Counted from the first letter of the stretch, positions 18,691 through 30,333 are shown. The stretch is 64,000 nt of DNA from an uncultured Holophaga sp. (GCA_963664825.1 OY761614.1:2304001-2368000); one strand, 5' to 3'. The notes: generated from the letters alone by a model not told the origin. Numbers and translations are program-made.

Positions 18691-19919
18691 TCGAAGATTT
18701 CCTTCACTTTCAGGATACCCCTCACCAGGGCGTCCACATCCTCCCGGGTGTTGAAGTAGGTGAGGGAGGCGCGGGTGGTGGCGGGGATGCCCATGCGCTG
18801 CATGACGGGTTGGGCGCAGTGGTGGCCGGCCCGCACGACGACGCCTTCGCTATCCAGGATGCTGCCCACGTCGTGGGGATGGATGCCGTCGAGCACGAAG
18901 GAGAGGACGCTGGCCTTATCCCGGGCCGTGCCGATGATGCGCAGGCCGGGGATGGCCTCGAGGCGCTCCGTGGCGTAGGCCAGCAGCTCCTGCTCGTAGG
19001 TGTTGATGCGATCCAGGCCGAGGGCCTGGAGGTAGTCCAGCGCCGCGCCCATTCCGATGGCTTGGGTGATGGCGGGAGTGCCGGCTTCGAATTTGCCCGG
19101 CAGACCGATGTAGGTGGTCTTCTCCCAGCTCACCGAGAGGATCATGCTGCCGCCTCCCTGCCAGGGGGGCATCTTCTCCAGCAGCTCTTTTTTTCCGTAG
19201 AGCACGCCGATTCCCGTGGGGCCGCTGAGCTTGTGGCCGCTGAAGGCGTAGAAGTCCGCGTCCAGATCCCGCACGTCCACCTTCAGGTGAGGCACGGCCT
19301 GGGCCCCGTCCACCAGCACGGGCACTCCCTTGGCATGGGCTCTGGCGATGATCTCCTTGACGGGGTTGATGGTGCCCAGGACATTGGAGACCTGCACCAG
19401 GCCCAGGAGCTTTGTGCGGTGTGTCAGGAGTGAATCCAGGTCCTCCAGGATCAGTTCCCCCGCATCGTTCATGGGGATGACGCGGAGCCTGGCGCCCCGT
19501 TCCTCGGCCAGCATTTGCCAGGGGACGATATTGGCGTGGTGTTCCATGGCCGAGAGCAGGATCTCGTCGCCTTCACCGACGTGGCCCCGGCCGAAGGTCT
19601 GGGCCACCAGATTGATGGCCTCCGTCGTGCCCCGGGTCCAGATGATCTCCTGGGTGGAAGCGGCATTCAGGAAGGCCCGCACCTTCTCCCGGGCCTCCTC
19701 GAAGCGGTCCGTGGCCTCCTGGCTGAGGGTGGACACTCCGCGATGAACATTCGTGTGTTCCAGGCGCTGGTAGTGATCCATGCGTGCGATCACCGGCAGG
19801 GGCACCTGGCCGCTCACGGCGCTATCCAGGTAGACCATGGGCTGGCCGTGGAAGGGGGTCGTCAGGAGGGGAAAGTCCTGGCGGAGCTTTTGGACATCGA
19901 GATCGGAAGGAGTCGGCAT
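18687..19919 (-). CDS. sufS: Cysteine desulfurase, group II
   Basis: SGHK PLP lysine, RAGHHCAQP. Confidence 0.95.
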   Translation of the reverse strand: MPTPSDLDVQKLRQDFPLLTTPFHGQPMVYLDSAVSGQVPLPVIARMDHYQRLEHTNVHRGVSTLSQEATDRFEEAREKVRAFLNAASTQEIIWTRGTTEAINLVAQTFGRGHVGEGDEILLSAMEHHANIVPWQMLAEERGARLRVIPMNDAGELILEDLDSLLTHRTKLLGLVQVSNVLGTINPVKEIIARAHAKGVPVLVDGAQAVPHLKVDVRDLDADFYAFSGHKLSGPTGIGVLYGKKELLEKMPPWQGGGSMILSVSWEKTTYIGLPGKFEAGTPAITQAIGMGAALDYLQALGLDRINTYEQELLAYATERLEAIPGLRIIGTARDKASVLSFVLDGIHPHDVGSILDSEGVVVRAGHHCAQPVMQRMGIPATTRASLTYFNTREDVDALVRGILKVKEIFE

Positions 19920-19937
19920 GGTGGGGGCCAAGAAAGA

Positions 19938-19979
19938 TGAACCGCAGAGGGCGCAGAGGAGAAAAATAAGAGCGCAGAG
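19938..19979. repeat. Family B half element between sufD and sufS
   Basis: tgaaccgcagagggcgcagaggagaaaaataagagcgcagag resembles the reverse complement of 2027-2068. Confidence 0.7.
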
Positions 19980-19997
19980 AAGAACGTGGTTCGGTTC

Positions 19998-21280
19998 TTA
20001 TTGCATATCCAGATTCGAGGCGTTCGTGTGGGCCATGACGGCTTTCCGGAGCTGGCGGCGGAGGCTGGGCACAGGGATGGGGGCCAGGAGATCGGCCGCG
20101 AAGGCGTAGGTGAGCAGGTTCCTGGCCATCTCTAGGGGGAGGCCGCGGCTCTGGAGATAGAAGATCTCTTCGGGATCGAGCTGGCCGATGGCGGCGCCAT
20201 GGGCGCATTTCACATCGTCGGCAAAGATCTCCAGCTCGGGTTTGGCATCCACCCGGGCCGATTCGGAGAGCAGGAGGCTCCGGGCCTGCTGCTGGGCATC
20301 GGTCTGCTGGGCGCCGGGATGGACATAGATCTTCCCGTTGAAGATGGCCCTGGAATGGCCATCCACGATGGTCTTCTGGAGCTGGCGGGCGGTGCAGCGG
20401 GGCACCCTGTGATCGATGCGCGAATGGGTGTCGGCCACCTGGTCCCCATCCAGCAGGGCCAGACCGTTCAATTCCAGTTCGGCGCCCTCCTCGGCCATGA
20501 GGATGCTGGGTGCCTGGCGGCTGAGGCGCGCCCCCAGGCTGAGAGTGCGGCAGACGTAGCTGGCTTGTCCGTCCACCCGGGCCGCCAGGGTGGAGAAATG
20601 GATGGCCTCCCGGGATTCCCGCTGGACGCGCTCATGGGTGAGGGTCGCGTGCCCGAAGAGCCGCACTTCGGTGACGGCGTTGGTGAAGTACTGGCCGCGC
20701 CCCAGGTACTCTTCGATCACCTGAGCCTCGGCGCCATGCTCCAGCACCACCAGCAGCCGGGGCAGGGAGCAAGTGGCCTGGGGGCCCTCCTGGTGGGAAA
20801 CGAACACCACATGCAGGGGGGCCTCCACCCGCACCTGCTTGGGCACGAAGAGGTAGGCGCCATCATTGAAGCGGGCATGGTTGAGATTGGCGAAGACATC
20901 ACTCTTCTCGGGTGTGGCCAGCGTGCCGAGGCCTCCGGCGGCTTCGGAAGCGCTGGCCAGGTGCAGCATGCGGACGCCCGGGGGCAGGGCGGTGGTATTG
21001 CTGAGGTGGGGCGCGAAGTGTCCGTTCACGAAGACCAGGCGGGAACCCCGGGCCTCGGGCAGGATGCATTCGGCGATATCCAGGTCGATGGCCTTCCCGG
21101 GCACGAGGTCCATGGCCCGGAGGCGTTTCAGGTCCAGATACTTCCAGTCCTCATCCTTCTGAGTGGGCAGTGCCTGGCTCTCCAGGCGCGCTTCCGCGGC
21201 CTGGCGGAGGGAATTCCATCCCTCGGGACGGGGCGCCGCCAGCAGATCCGGAAGCAGGCTGCATTCCGCGAGGGTTGCCA

Positions 21281-21281
<1 letters not shown>
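19998..21281 (-). CDS. sufD: Fe-S assembly protein SufD
   Basis: EDWKY, FNGKIYV, KPELEIFADDVKCAHGA, FYLQSRG. Confidence 0.95.
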
Positions 21282-22057
<776 letters not shown>

Positions 22058-22072
22058 TGTGAACTCCGATGA

Positions 22073-23512
22073 TTAACCGACCGAACCTTCGAGTTTGAGG
22101 GAGAGTAGCCGGGTGGCTTCCACGGCGAATTCCATGGGGAGTTCGCGGAAGACATCCTTGCAAAATCCGTTGATGATCATGGAAATGGCGTCCTCGGCGG
22201 GGATGCCTCGCTGCTGGAAGTAGAAGAGCTGCTCTTCGCCGATCTTCGACGTGGTAGCCTCGTGCTCCACCTTGGCCGACCTGTTCTGAACCTCGATGTA
22301 GGGGAAGGTATTGGCGCTGCACTTCTGGCCGATGAGCATGGAATCGCACTGGCTGAAGTTGCGCGCCCCTTCTGCCTTGGGGGTGACGCGCACCAGGCCA
22401 CGGTAACTATTGGAACTGCTGCCGGCGCTGATGCCCTTGCTGATGATGGTGCTCTTGGTATTGCGCCCGATGTGGATCATCTTGGTGCCGGTATCGGCCT
22501 GCTGCATGTGATTGGTGAGGGCCACGCTGTAGAATTCCCCGATGCTGCCCTCCCCCAGCAGCACGCAGCCCGGGTATTTCCAGGTGATGGCGCTGCCCGT
22601 CTCCACCTGTGTCCAGCTGATCTTGCTGCGGGTGCCCTTGCAGAGTCCGCGCTTGGTCACGAAGTTGAAGATGCCGCCCACGCCATCCTTGTCGCCCGCG
22701 TACCAGTTCTGCACGGTGCTGTACTTGATGCTGGCCTCATCGAGGGCCACCAGTTCCACCACGGCGGCGTGGAGCTGGTTGGTATCGAACTGGGGTGCGG
22801 TGCAGCCCTCCAGATAACTGACGCTGGCGCCTTCTTCGGCCACGATGAGTGTCCGTTCGAACTGGCCCGATTCCTTGTTGTTGATGCGGAAGTAGGTGCT
22901 GAGATCCATGGGGCATTTCACGCCCTTGGGGATGAAGACGAAGGAGCCGTCGGTGAAGACCGCGCTATTGAGGGTCGCATAGAAGTTGTCGGTGTAGGGC
23001 ACGACGCTACTCAAATACTGCTTCACGAGCTCGGGATGAGTGCGCACGGCCTCGCTGAGGGAGCAGAAGATGATGCCCAATTCCCCCAGGCGCTCCTTGT
23101 AGGTGGTCGTCACCGAGACACTATCGAAGACCACGTCCACCGCCACGCCGGCCAGGGCCTTTCGCTCATCCATGGGCACGCCCAGCTTCTCGAAGGTGCG
23201 CAGCAGCTCGGGGTCCACCTCGTCCAGGCTCTGATACTTGGCTTCCTTGGGCTTGGGGGCGCTGTAGTAGACGATCTTCTGGAAATCGGGCCTCTCGTAG
23301 TGCACATTGGCCCAGGTGGGCTCTTCGAGGGTGAGCCAATGGCGGTAGGCCTTCAGCCGGTAATCCAGCAGCCATTGGGGCTCGCCCTTCTTGGCGCTGA
23401 TGAGGCGGATGGTGTCCTCGGAGAGGCCTGGCGGGGCCGATTCCGATTCGATGTCGGTCACGAAGCCGTACTTGTATTCCTGGCTGGTGACCTGTTGAAG
23501 AGGCGAGCTCAT
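22073..23512 (-). CDS. sufB: Fe-S assembly scaffold SufB
   Basis: [34 protein letters not shown]. Confidence 0.98.
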   Translation of the reverse strand: MSSPLQQVTSQEYKYGFVTDIESESAPPGLSEDTIRLISAKKGEPQWLLDYRLKAYRHWLTLEEPTWANVHYERPDFQKIVYYSAPKPKEAKYQSLDEVDPELLRTFEKLGVPMDERKALAGVAVDVVFDSVSVTTTYKERLGELGIIFCSLSEAVRTHPELVKQYLSSVVPYTDNFYATLNSAVFTDGSFVFIPKGVKCPMDLSTYFRINNKESGQFERTLIVAEEGASVSYLEGCTAPQFDTNQLHAAVVELVALDEASIKYSTVQNWYAGDKDGVGGIFNFVTKRGLCKGTRSKISWTQVETGSAITWKYPGCVLLGEGSIGEFYSVALTNHMQQADTGTKMIHIGRNTKSTIISKGISAGSSSNSYRGLVRVTPKAEGARNFSQCDSMLIGQKCSANTFPYIEVQNRSAKVEHEATTSKIGEEQLFYFQQRGIPAEDAISMIINGFCKDVFRELPMEFAVEATRLLSLKLEGSVG

Positions 23513-23569
23513 GGGTTCTCCCGGCCTGTTTCGCGGGTGAAGGCTCCGCGTTCGATTCCTAGCTTCTCC

Positions 23570-23594
23570 AATTCAGACCAAATTTGTCAACTTT
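23570..23594 (-). promoter_or_regulatory. Putative IscR/Rrf2-type operator overlapping a TTGACA -35 box upstream of sufB
   Basis: Minus strand AAAGTTGACAAATTTGGTCTGAATT has a GAC-N7-GTC core like IscR type-1 sites; no clear -10 box. Confidence 0.45.
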
Positions 23595-23655
23595 ATGTGT
23601 TCCCCTGGAATCCGCGGGAGATGGCTTGTGACGGAAGTCCGGGGCGGGACGTGCC

Positions 23656-25500
23656 TCAGGCGCGCTTCCCCAGTTCCAGGATGAGCCCCTCAATCTTCTT
23701 CTTAATCAGGCTCACTTGGTCTTCGGGCAGGTCTCCCGGGTCGGCATGGAGGCCGTCCTGGAGGACCAGCAGGGCCTCCTCCCGCTCGTCGATGGCGGCC
23801 AGGGCCGTCCCCAGCTGAAAATGGTTGATGAGGGTGGGCTCGGTTTTGAGGATCGGATCGAGCAACTCCACCACTTCGGCGGGGCGCTTCAGGTCGAGGA
23901 GATACTGGCCCAGGAGCGTGCGGACCCGCCCTTCCTGGCCCGGAAGGGGCTTGGCGTGGAGGCGCCGGACCTCGATGAGATCATCCTCGGTGATCTTGGC
24001 GGACATGAGACGGTAGGCCTGTCGGATGATGACGGCCTCCCAGGCCCCGCTGCTCTTGGGGTGAGCCTGGAGGAAGCCTTCCAGGCTCTTCATTACGCCG
24101 GATTCGTCCTCTTTTTCCATGAAGTAGTCGATGGCCAGACGCAGGGCCTGGAAACACAGGCGGGGATGGCGGGCGGAGGTGGCGAAGGCTTGTACCGCCT
24201 TCAGGTGCCCTGCGGGGTCTCGGTGCCAGGCGATCTGCAGCTCCACCCAATCGGTGCGTTCGGTCTTGTCCTTGCGGCGGGCCTTCTTCAGGGCGGCTTC
24301 GGCTTCGCCGGGATTGCCGTCCTTGAGCCAACCTTCGGCGTCATCCAGGAGGAAGCGGCTCTCGGCCTTGCCTCCCCGGGCGGAACGGAGTTGGGCCGGG
24401 CTTTCCGCATCGAGCAGGAGGAGCAGCTCGGAGTCGCCGGGGTTCTGGTGCAGCAACTCTTCGAGAATGGTGAAGGCCTTGGCGCGTTCTCCGGCCAGGA
24501 TGTAGCCCTCGGCCAGCAGCTCCCGCACCATCAGGTCGCCGGGCATGAAGGTGGAGGCCTCCTTGAGGGCCTGGATGGCCTTGGCCGATTCCCCCCGGGC
24601 GATGAAGACCTCGCCCAGCAGGCTGAGGGTCTCGCCATCCCGCTGGAGGGTGAGGGCCTCCTGGGCCGCTTCCATGGCGCCCTGGAGATCCTCTTCGTCC
24701 AACAAGAGCTCACAGAGTTGGATGCGGGGCTCGGATTCATCCGGTCGGAGTTCCGAGGCGGTGCGCAGGGCCGCGATGGCGCCATCGGCATGATCAGGGA
24801 GGTCCCTCAGGAGCTTGGCCATCAGGAGCCAGGCCTCGTAGTGGCGGGGGCTCAGGGCCACTACCTTGCGGACCAGGTCCTCGGCTTCGTCGAATTCCTG
24901 GACGACCTCCTTCAGGGCCGCCACGGTGAAGAGCAGTTCGTAGTTCTTGGGATCCAGGGGCACGGCCTGGGAGAGGCGCTGGGCGGCCTCGGGCAGCTGG
25001 GCGTTCTCCAGGAAGGCGGCGGTCTCCAGCAGGGCCCGACGCAGCTGGGAGACAGACTTGGGCTTGGAGATGGGAAGGATGCGGGCGCGGTAGCGGGTGA
25101 AGAGTTCCCGGGCCCCGATGAGCTGGAGGTTCTCCTCCACCAGTTCCTCCCAGCGCTGGGAAAAGGCCTGGCCATCGATCCGTCCCTTGGATTCCAATTC
25201 CTGGACCAGGGACATGAGGCCATTGCGAAGCATGACTTCGGAGCGTTCCAGGCGCCCCAGTTGATCCGAGACCGTCTCCAGATAGGTCTCCACCCGGCGC
25301 AGGTTCTCCTCCAGGCCCGTGATCCGTTCCAGGAGATGCTCGTCGAGATCCTCGTGTTCCTCGGCCTCCTCGTCTTCCTCCCAGCCTTGATCGCCGCTGA
25401 CGATGAGGAGGCGGTTGCCGCATTTGCGACAACTCTCCCGATCCCCGGGGTTCCAGGTGAAGCAATTCTGACAATAGGTACCTGGGATTTCGGTGGCCAT
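23656..25500 (-). CDS. Zn-ribbon / coiled-coil / TPR protein
   Basis: CQNC..CRKC, acidic stretch, coiled coil, multiple TPR-like repeats. Confidence 0.8.
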   Translation of the reverse strand: MATEIPGTYCQNCFTWNPGDRESCRKCGNRLLIVSGDQGWEEDEEAEEHEDLDEHLLERITGLEENLRRVETYLETVSDQLGRLERSEVMLRNGLMSLVQELESKGRIDGQAFSQRWEELVEENLQLIGARELFTRYRARILPISKPKSVSQLRRALLETAAFLENAQLPEAAQRLSQAVPLDPKNYELLFTVAALKEVVQEFDEAEDLVRKVVALSPRHYEAWLLMAKLLRDLPDHADGAIAALRTASELRPDESEPRIQLCELLLDEEDLQGAMEAAQEALTLQRDGETLSLLGEVFIARGESAKAIQALKEASTFMPGDLMVRELLAEGYILAGERAKAFTILEELLHQNPGDSELLLLLDAESPAQLRSARGGKAESRFLLDDAEGWLKDGNPGEAEAALKKARRKDKTERTDWVELQIAWHRDPAGHLKAVQAFATSARHPRLCFQALRLAIDYFMEKEDESGVMKSLEGFLQAHPKSSGAWEAVIIRQAYRLMSAKITEDDLIEVRRLHAKPLPGQEGRVRTLLGQYLLDLKRPAEVVELLDPILKTEPTLINHFQLGTALAAIDEREEALLVLQDGLHADPGDLPEDQVSLIKKKIEGLILELGKRA

Positions 25501-25566
25501 GCCAACAGGATAGCCTTGGCTGGCTCCGAATTGGGAACCCCGTCGGCCTGATATCCTGGGAGCACG

Positions 25567-26082
25567 ATGAGCGGAAACGAAAAACGACAGGAAGCCATGG
25601 AACTGGTCGGCAAGGCCTACCAGCACCACATGAAGGGGGAGCTGGACAAGGCCCTCGAACTCTACAATCGCAGCCTCGAGGTCTTCCCCACGGCGGAGGC
25701 CTATACCTTCCGCGGTTGGGCTAAATCTTTGCGCCAGGACTACGACGGAGCCATCGCCGATTGCCACTTGGCCATCGATCTGGATCCGGAATTCGGGAAC
25801 CCCTATAACGATATCGGCGCCTATTTCGTGGAACTGGGCCAGCCCGAGGATGCCATCCCCTGGCTGCGCATGGCGCTCAAGGCCCAGCGCTACGAGAGCT
25901 ACTGCTTCCCCCATTACAATTTGGGGCGGGTCTACGAAGGCCTGGAAAAGCTGGAACAGGCCCTGGAATGCTATCGGAAGGCCCTGGATGAGAATGCCGG
26001 ATATGTCCCGGCGGTCCGGGCCATCGAAAGGGTCCAGGAGAAGCTGGAAGTGCGCCAGGGCATCTCTGGAGGGGAAAAGTGA
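25567..26082 (+). CDS. Tetratricopeptide repeat protein
   Basis: AEAYTFRG, PYNDIG, HYNLGRVY. Confidence 0.85.
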   Translation: MSGNEKRQEAMELVGKAYQHHMKGELDKALELYNRSLEVFPTAEAYTFRGWAKSLRQDYDGAIADCHLAIDLDPEFGNPYNDIGAYFVELGQPEDAIPWLRMALKAQRYESYCFPHYNLGRVYEGLEKLEQALECYRKALDENAGYVPAVRAIERVQEKLEVRQGISGGEK

Positions 26083-26903
26083 CCCGTTTCGTGATCGCCC
26101 ATAGTCCGGATTCCGACGATGCCTACATGATGGCCCCCCTGGCGCTGGGCTGGATGGAGGGGGACCCGGACCGGGCGGCCTTCCAGTTCGAATTCGTGCG
26201 CAAGGATATCGAGACCCTCAATGCCGAGGCCCTGGAAGGCCGCTACGATGTCACGGCCATCAGCTTCGGCGCCTATCCCGCGCTGAAGGCGCAGTACGAC
26301 CTGCTGAGTGCGGGCAGCAGCATTCAGGAGGGCACGGGGCCCCTGGTGGTCTCCAAGGCCACGCTTGCACCCTCGGATCTGGCCGGCCTCACCTTGGCCA
26401 TTCCCGGCCTGCGCACCAGCGCCTACCTGTCCCTGCGCCGCTGGGCCGAGACCCTGGGCTTCGAACCCCGGGTGGAGCTGCTGCCCTTCGACGAGATCAT
26501 GCCCGCCGTTGCGGAGGGCCGCTTCCCGGCCGGGCTCCTCATCCACGAGAGCCAGCTCATGTACCGGGAGTGCGGATTGAATCTGGTGGTTGATCTGGGC
26601 GCCTGGTGGAAGGAGGCCTTCGATCTACCCCTTCCCATGGGAGGCAATGCCATCCGGCGGGACCTGCCTGCTGAATTGAAGGAAAAGTTCGCCCGCGTGA
26701 TGCGCAAGAGCGTGGTGATGGCTCGCCAGCGGCATTGGGAGAGCGTGGATTACTCCCAATCCTTCGGCCGGGGCATGGACCGGGACATGATCAACCGCTA
26801 TGTGCAGGGCTGGGTCAACGATTTCACGGAGGATCCGGGCCCCCGGGGCCGGGAGGCCGTGGCCAAGCTCCTGGGCCTTGAGCCTGCCTGGATCCAGGGC
26901 TGA
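26079..26903 (+). CDS. mqnD: 1,4-dihydroxy-6-naphthoate synthase (MqnA/MqnD family, futalosine pathway)
   Basis: HSPDSDD, DIETLN, GLLIHE, DLGAWW..LPLPMG. Confidence 0.8.
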   Translation: MTRFVIAHSPDSDDAYMMAPLALGWMEGDPDRAAFQFEFVRKDIETLNAEALEGRYDVTAISFGAYPALKAQYDLLSAGSSIQEGTGPLVVSKATLAPSDLAGLTLAIPGLRTSAYLSLRRWAETLGFEPRVELLPFDEIMPAVAEGRFPAGLLIHESQLMYRECGLNLVVDLGAWWKEAFDLPLPMGGNAIRRDLPAELKEKFARVMRKSVVMARQRHWESVDYSQSFGRGMDRDMINRYVQGWVNDFTEDPGPRGREAVAKLLGLEPAWIQG

Positions 26904-27074
26904 GATCGGCCCGCCCTGGGTTTGGATGAATGGACTCCAGGAACCTCCTCCGGAATTCCGGATCGATACCGGTAGGCCCCGGCGCTCGTGTAAAATCAAG
27001 CTAGGCTCCAGAGGGGCGTGCGCTGCCTCCGAGCCGGAACCGCTGTTCCAGGCGGATAAACAAGGAGTCCTTTG

Positions 27075-29819
27075 ATGTCCCAGTGTCTTGCCTCGAATCC
27101 GAACGATTCCCACCTCCTCGACCCTTGGCACGGATTTCATCGGGAAGCTCTTGCGCGCATGGAGGTCCTCGAGACCGCGTTGGAAGCCTCGGATTGGGCC
27201 CTGGTGGAGCAAGGCTGCCGCTGGATCCAGGAGATGCTGCGCTCCCACCACGAGGCAGAGGAACGGGATGTCTTCCCCCTGCTGGAAGAATTGGGCACCG
27301 AATCCCTCCAGGAGCAGCTCCTGGAGGAGCATGGGGAGATGGGGGCACTGGATCAGAGGATCCTCGCGGCCCTTCAGGCCGCTGAATTCGAGGCCGTTCC
27401 GGGCCCGGCCCGCCGCCTTTTGGCGCTGCTCCGCCAGCATATCGAGACCGAGGAGGGGCTCCTGCTGCCCCTGCTCAAGGGCCGCTCCCCTTGGCCTACC
27501 GATGAAGAGACGGAAGAGGGCTACCTCATCCTCAAGAAGGAGCTGGTGGCTCCCGAGACCTGGTCCTTCATCGTGCAGGCGCCCATGATTGCCCGGGGCC
27601 GCAAACCGGGGCAGTTCATCATGGTGGCCCCCTTCGAGAAGAGTGAGCGGGTGCCTCTCACCCTGGTCAATGGGGACGCCCGCAAGGGTTGGATCCGCTT
27701 CGTGGTGATGGAAGTGGGAGCCACGACCCGGGCCATGGGCAAGCTCTCCGCCGGGGATCGTCTCTACGCCGTGGCCGGTCCCATGGGCCAGCCCACCGAA
27801 CTGGTGGAAGCGGGCACCGTCGTCTTGGTGGCCGGAGGCTACGGAGCCGGCGCCGTGCTCACGGCCGCGGAAGTGCTCCACGCTCGCGGCCAGCGCGTGC
27901 TCAGCATCCTGGGGGGCCGGAGCCGGGAGCGGGTGCTGCTCACCGAGGAATTGGGGGCCGTCTCCTCTGAACTCGTCATCACCACCGATGACGGTTCCTG
28001 GGGCCGCAAGGGCATGGTGACGGAGGCCCTGAAGGATATCCTGGCTCGCGAAAAGGTCGCCGAGGTCATCGCCGTGGGCCCCATGCCCATGATGCAGGCG
28101 GTGGCCGAACTGACCCGGCCCAGCGGCATCTTCACCCTCGTGAGTCTCAACGCGCTCATGGTGGACGGCACAGGCATGTGCGGCGGATGCCGTGTGAAGG
28201 TGGGCGGCGAATTTAAGTTCGCCTGCTTCGATGGTCCCGATTTCGACGGCCACAAGGTGGACTTCCAGATGCTGCGCATGCGGCAGAACTGGTACCAGGA
28301 AGACGAGAAGGGGGCCGACCATGCCTGTCGCGTGGGCAGGAACACGGCGGCGCCCCTGACGGATGCGGATCTGCCTGTCATCGAGCCCGTGGCCGATTTC
28401 GACTGGAAGACCGCCGATCTGCCTTCCCTCAAGGCCCCCCAGCGCATGAAGATCCCCCGCCAGGAGATGGCCTGCCAGGAACCCGGCCAGCGCATCACCA
28501 ATTTCGGCGAGGTCTCCCTGGGCTTCAGCGCCGAGCAGGCCCGCCTGGAAGCCGCGCGCTGCCTCCAGTGCAAGAAGCCGGGATGCATCGGGGGATGTCC
28601 CGTGGGCATCGATATTCCGGCCTTCATCAAGCAGATCGAAGCGGGTCGTCCCCAGGAGGCCGGCCTGATCCTCAAGCGCTATTCGGCTCTTCCTGCGGTG
28701 TGTGGCCGCGTCTGCCCCCAGGAGAAGCAGTGCGAGGCGCATTGCGTGGTGGGCCTCAAGGGCGAGGCCGTTTCCATCGGGCGCCTGGAGCGCTTCGCCT
28801 CCGATAGCCTGCGGGAGGGCGGCGCCAAGGCTCCGGACGTGGCACCTGCCACGGGCAAGAGGGTGGCCATCGTGGGGGCAGGTCCGGCGGGCCTGGCCAC
28901 GGCGGGGGAACTCATCCAGAAGGGCCACGATGTGACGGTCTTCGATGGCCTCCACAAACCCGGCGGCGTGCTGCTCTATGGCATCCCCGAGTTCCGTCTC
29001 CCCAATTCCATCGTGGATTTCGAAGTGCAGGCTCTGCGGAATCTGGGCGTGAAGTTCGTGCTCAATACCCTCATCGGACGGGCCATGACCCTGGAGGAAC
29101 TGCGCCAGGAATTCGACGCCGTCTTCCTGGGCACCGGCGCCGGACTGCCCCGGATGCTGGGCATCCCCGGCGAGGAATTGAAGGGCGTCTACACGGCCAA
29201 CGAGTTCCTGACCCGGGTGAACCTCATGCGGGCCGATCTCTTCCCGGAATTCGGTACGCCCATCACGGTGGGCAAGCACGTGGTGGTGGTGGGCTGCGGC
29301 AATACGGCCATGGACGCCGCCCGCTGTTCGAAGCGCCTGGGGGCAGATGTCACGGTGGTCTATCGCCGCTCCGTGAAGGAGAGCACGGCCCGGAAGGAAG
29401 AACTGCAACACGCCATGGAGGAGGGCATCACCTTCCGCTGGCTGACGACGCCTCTGGAGGCGCGCGGCAGTGAGCAGGGTTGGGTCACGGAAGCCGAGTG
29501 CGCCCTCATGGAGCTCACGGAGCCCGGCCCCGATGGCCGCCGCGGCGTGCGCGACACGGGCAAGCGCGAGGTGCTGCCCTGCGAGACGCTGATCATCGCC
29601 CTGGGCTGCGCCGTGAACCCGCTCATCGCCCAGACGGAAGAGGACCTCAAGACCCTGCGGGGGGGCGTCGTAAAGGTGGACGAATCCACCGGCGAGACCA
29701 CCGTGGAAGGCGTCTACGCGGGGGGCGATGTCATCACCGGCGGCGCCACCGTGATCCTGGCCATGGGCCAGGGCCACCGCGCCGCCGAGGCCATCCACGC
29801 CCGGCTCATGGAGGCCTGA
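27075..29819 (+). CDS. Hemerythrin-domain + NfnA(SudB)-like + NfnB(GltD/SudA)-like fusion oxidoreductase
   Basis: H/HHxxEE/EH/HxxxEE; PGQF, ERVPLT, DGTGMCGGCR..CFDGP; RCLQC..CP, CGRVCPQEKQCE, GAGPAG, GNTAMD; RBS aaggag. Confidence 0.9.
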   Translation: MSQCLASNPNDSHLLDPWHGFHREALARMEVLETALEASDWALVEQGCRWIQEMLRSHHEAEERDVFPLLEELGTESLQEQLLEEHGEMGALDQRILAALQAAEFEAVPGPARRLLALLRQHIETEEGLLLPLLKGRSPWPTDEETEEGYLILKKELVAPETWSFIVQAPMIARGRKPGQFIMVAPFEKSERVPLTLVNGDARKGWIRFVVMEVGATTRAMGKLSAGDRLYAVAGPMGQPTELVEAGTVVLVAGGYGAGAVLTAAEVLHARGQRVLSILGGRSRERVLLTEELGAVSSELVITTDDGSWGRKGMVTEALKDILAREKVAEVIAVGPMPMMQAVAELTRPSGIFTLVSLNALMVDGTGMCGGCRVKVGGEFKFACFDGPDFDGHKVDFQMLRMRQNWYQEDEKGADHACRVGRNTAAPLTDADLPVIEPVADFDWKTADLPSLKAPQRMKIPRQEMACQEPGQRITNFGEVSLGFSAEQARLEAARCLQCKKPGCIGGCPVGIDIPAFIKQIEAGRPQEAGLILKRYSALPAVCGRVCPQEKQCEAHCVVGLKGEAVSIGRLERFASDSLREGGAKAPDVAPATGKRVAIVGAGPAGLATAGELIQKGHDVTVFDGLHKPGGVLLYGIPEFRLPNSIVDFEVQALRNLGVKFVLNTLIGRAMTLEELRQEFDAVFLGTGAGLPRMLGIPGEELKGVYTANEFLTRVNLMRADLFPEFGTPITVGKHVVVVGCGNTAMDAARCSKRLGADVTVVYRRSVKESTARKEELQHAMEEGITFRWLTTPLEARGSEQGWVTEAECALMELTEPGPDGRRGVRDTGKREVLPCETLIIALGCAVNPLIAQTEEDLKTLRGGVVKVDESTGETTVEGVYAGGDVITGGATVILAMGQGHRAAEAIHARLMEA

Positions 29820-29837
29820 ACCTTTAAGGAACCTCTT

Positions 29838-29881
29838 TCAGACAGCGGCTCGCCTCCTGGGCGAGCCGCTGTCTGAGCTTT
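29838..29881 (+). terminator. Terminator hairpin
   Basis: 17-bp perfect stem tcagacagcggctcgcc / ggcgagccgctgtctga. Confidence 0.75.
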
Positions 29882-29975
29882 GCGGAAGGGACTAAGCGGG
29901 GCCCTCTGGCCTCCGTAATCCATCTCGAAGGCGGTCAGGCAACCCCGCCCCCCCAACCCCTTCCTGGAGGCTTCC

Positions 29976-30314
29976 ATGCGAGCCCTCGCCCTTCCTCTAT
30001 CCCTGGCCCTGGCCTTTGCCGTGCCCGCCGTGGCCCAACAGGCCCGGTTCCTCAAGGTCGATATCGTCCGTAAGGCTGGGAAGACGCACCACGCCAAGGA
30101 GGGTCCCCTCGAAGTCCATATGCGCCTGCCCCTCAACCTGGCCAAGAGCGTGTTGGAGATGGCTGGCGATAGCGAGATCAAGATCAACGGTGAATCCAAG
30201 AAGGGTCTCAAGCCCGACGCCCTGATCAAGCTGCTCGAAGGCTCGAAGTCCGGCGATCTCTTGTTGGAGATCACCACCAACGAGGGCGATCTGGTGAAGG
30301 TGGTCATCGAGTAG
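29976..30314 (+). CDS. Hypothetical secreted protein
   Basis: Signal peptide ending AVA-QQ; RBS ggagg; host-like codon usage. Confidence 0.75.
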   Translation: MRALALPLSLALAFAVPAVAQQARFLKVDIVRKAGKTHHAKEGPLEVHMRLPLNLAKSVLEMAGDSEIKINGESKKGLKPDALIKLLEGSKSGDLLLEITTNEGDLVKVVIE

Positions 30315-30333
30315 TCATTTCATCTTTTTCGGA

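Noticed and set aside
26625..29798. Long antisense ORFs (also 6889-8559, 40276-42990, 58745-60988)
   Set aside because: Shadow frames of well-supported genes in high-GC DNA, with no motifs
27075..29819. Glutamate synthase small subunit call
   Set aside because: No gltB nearby; the fused NfnA-like domain points to Nfn/Sud
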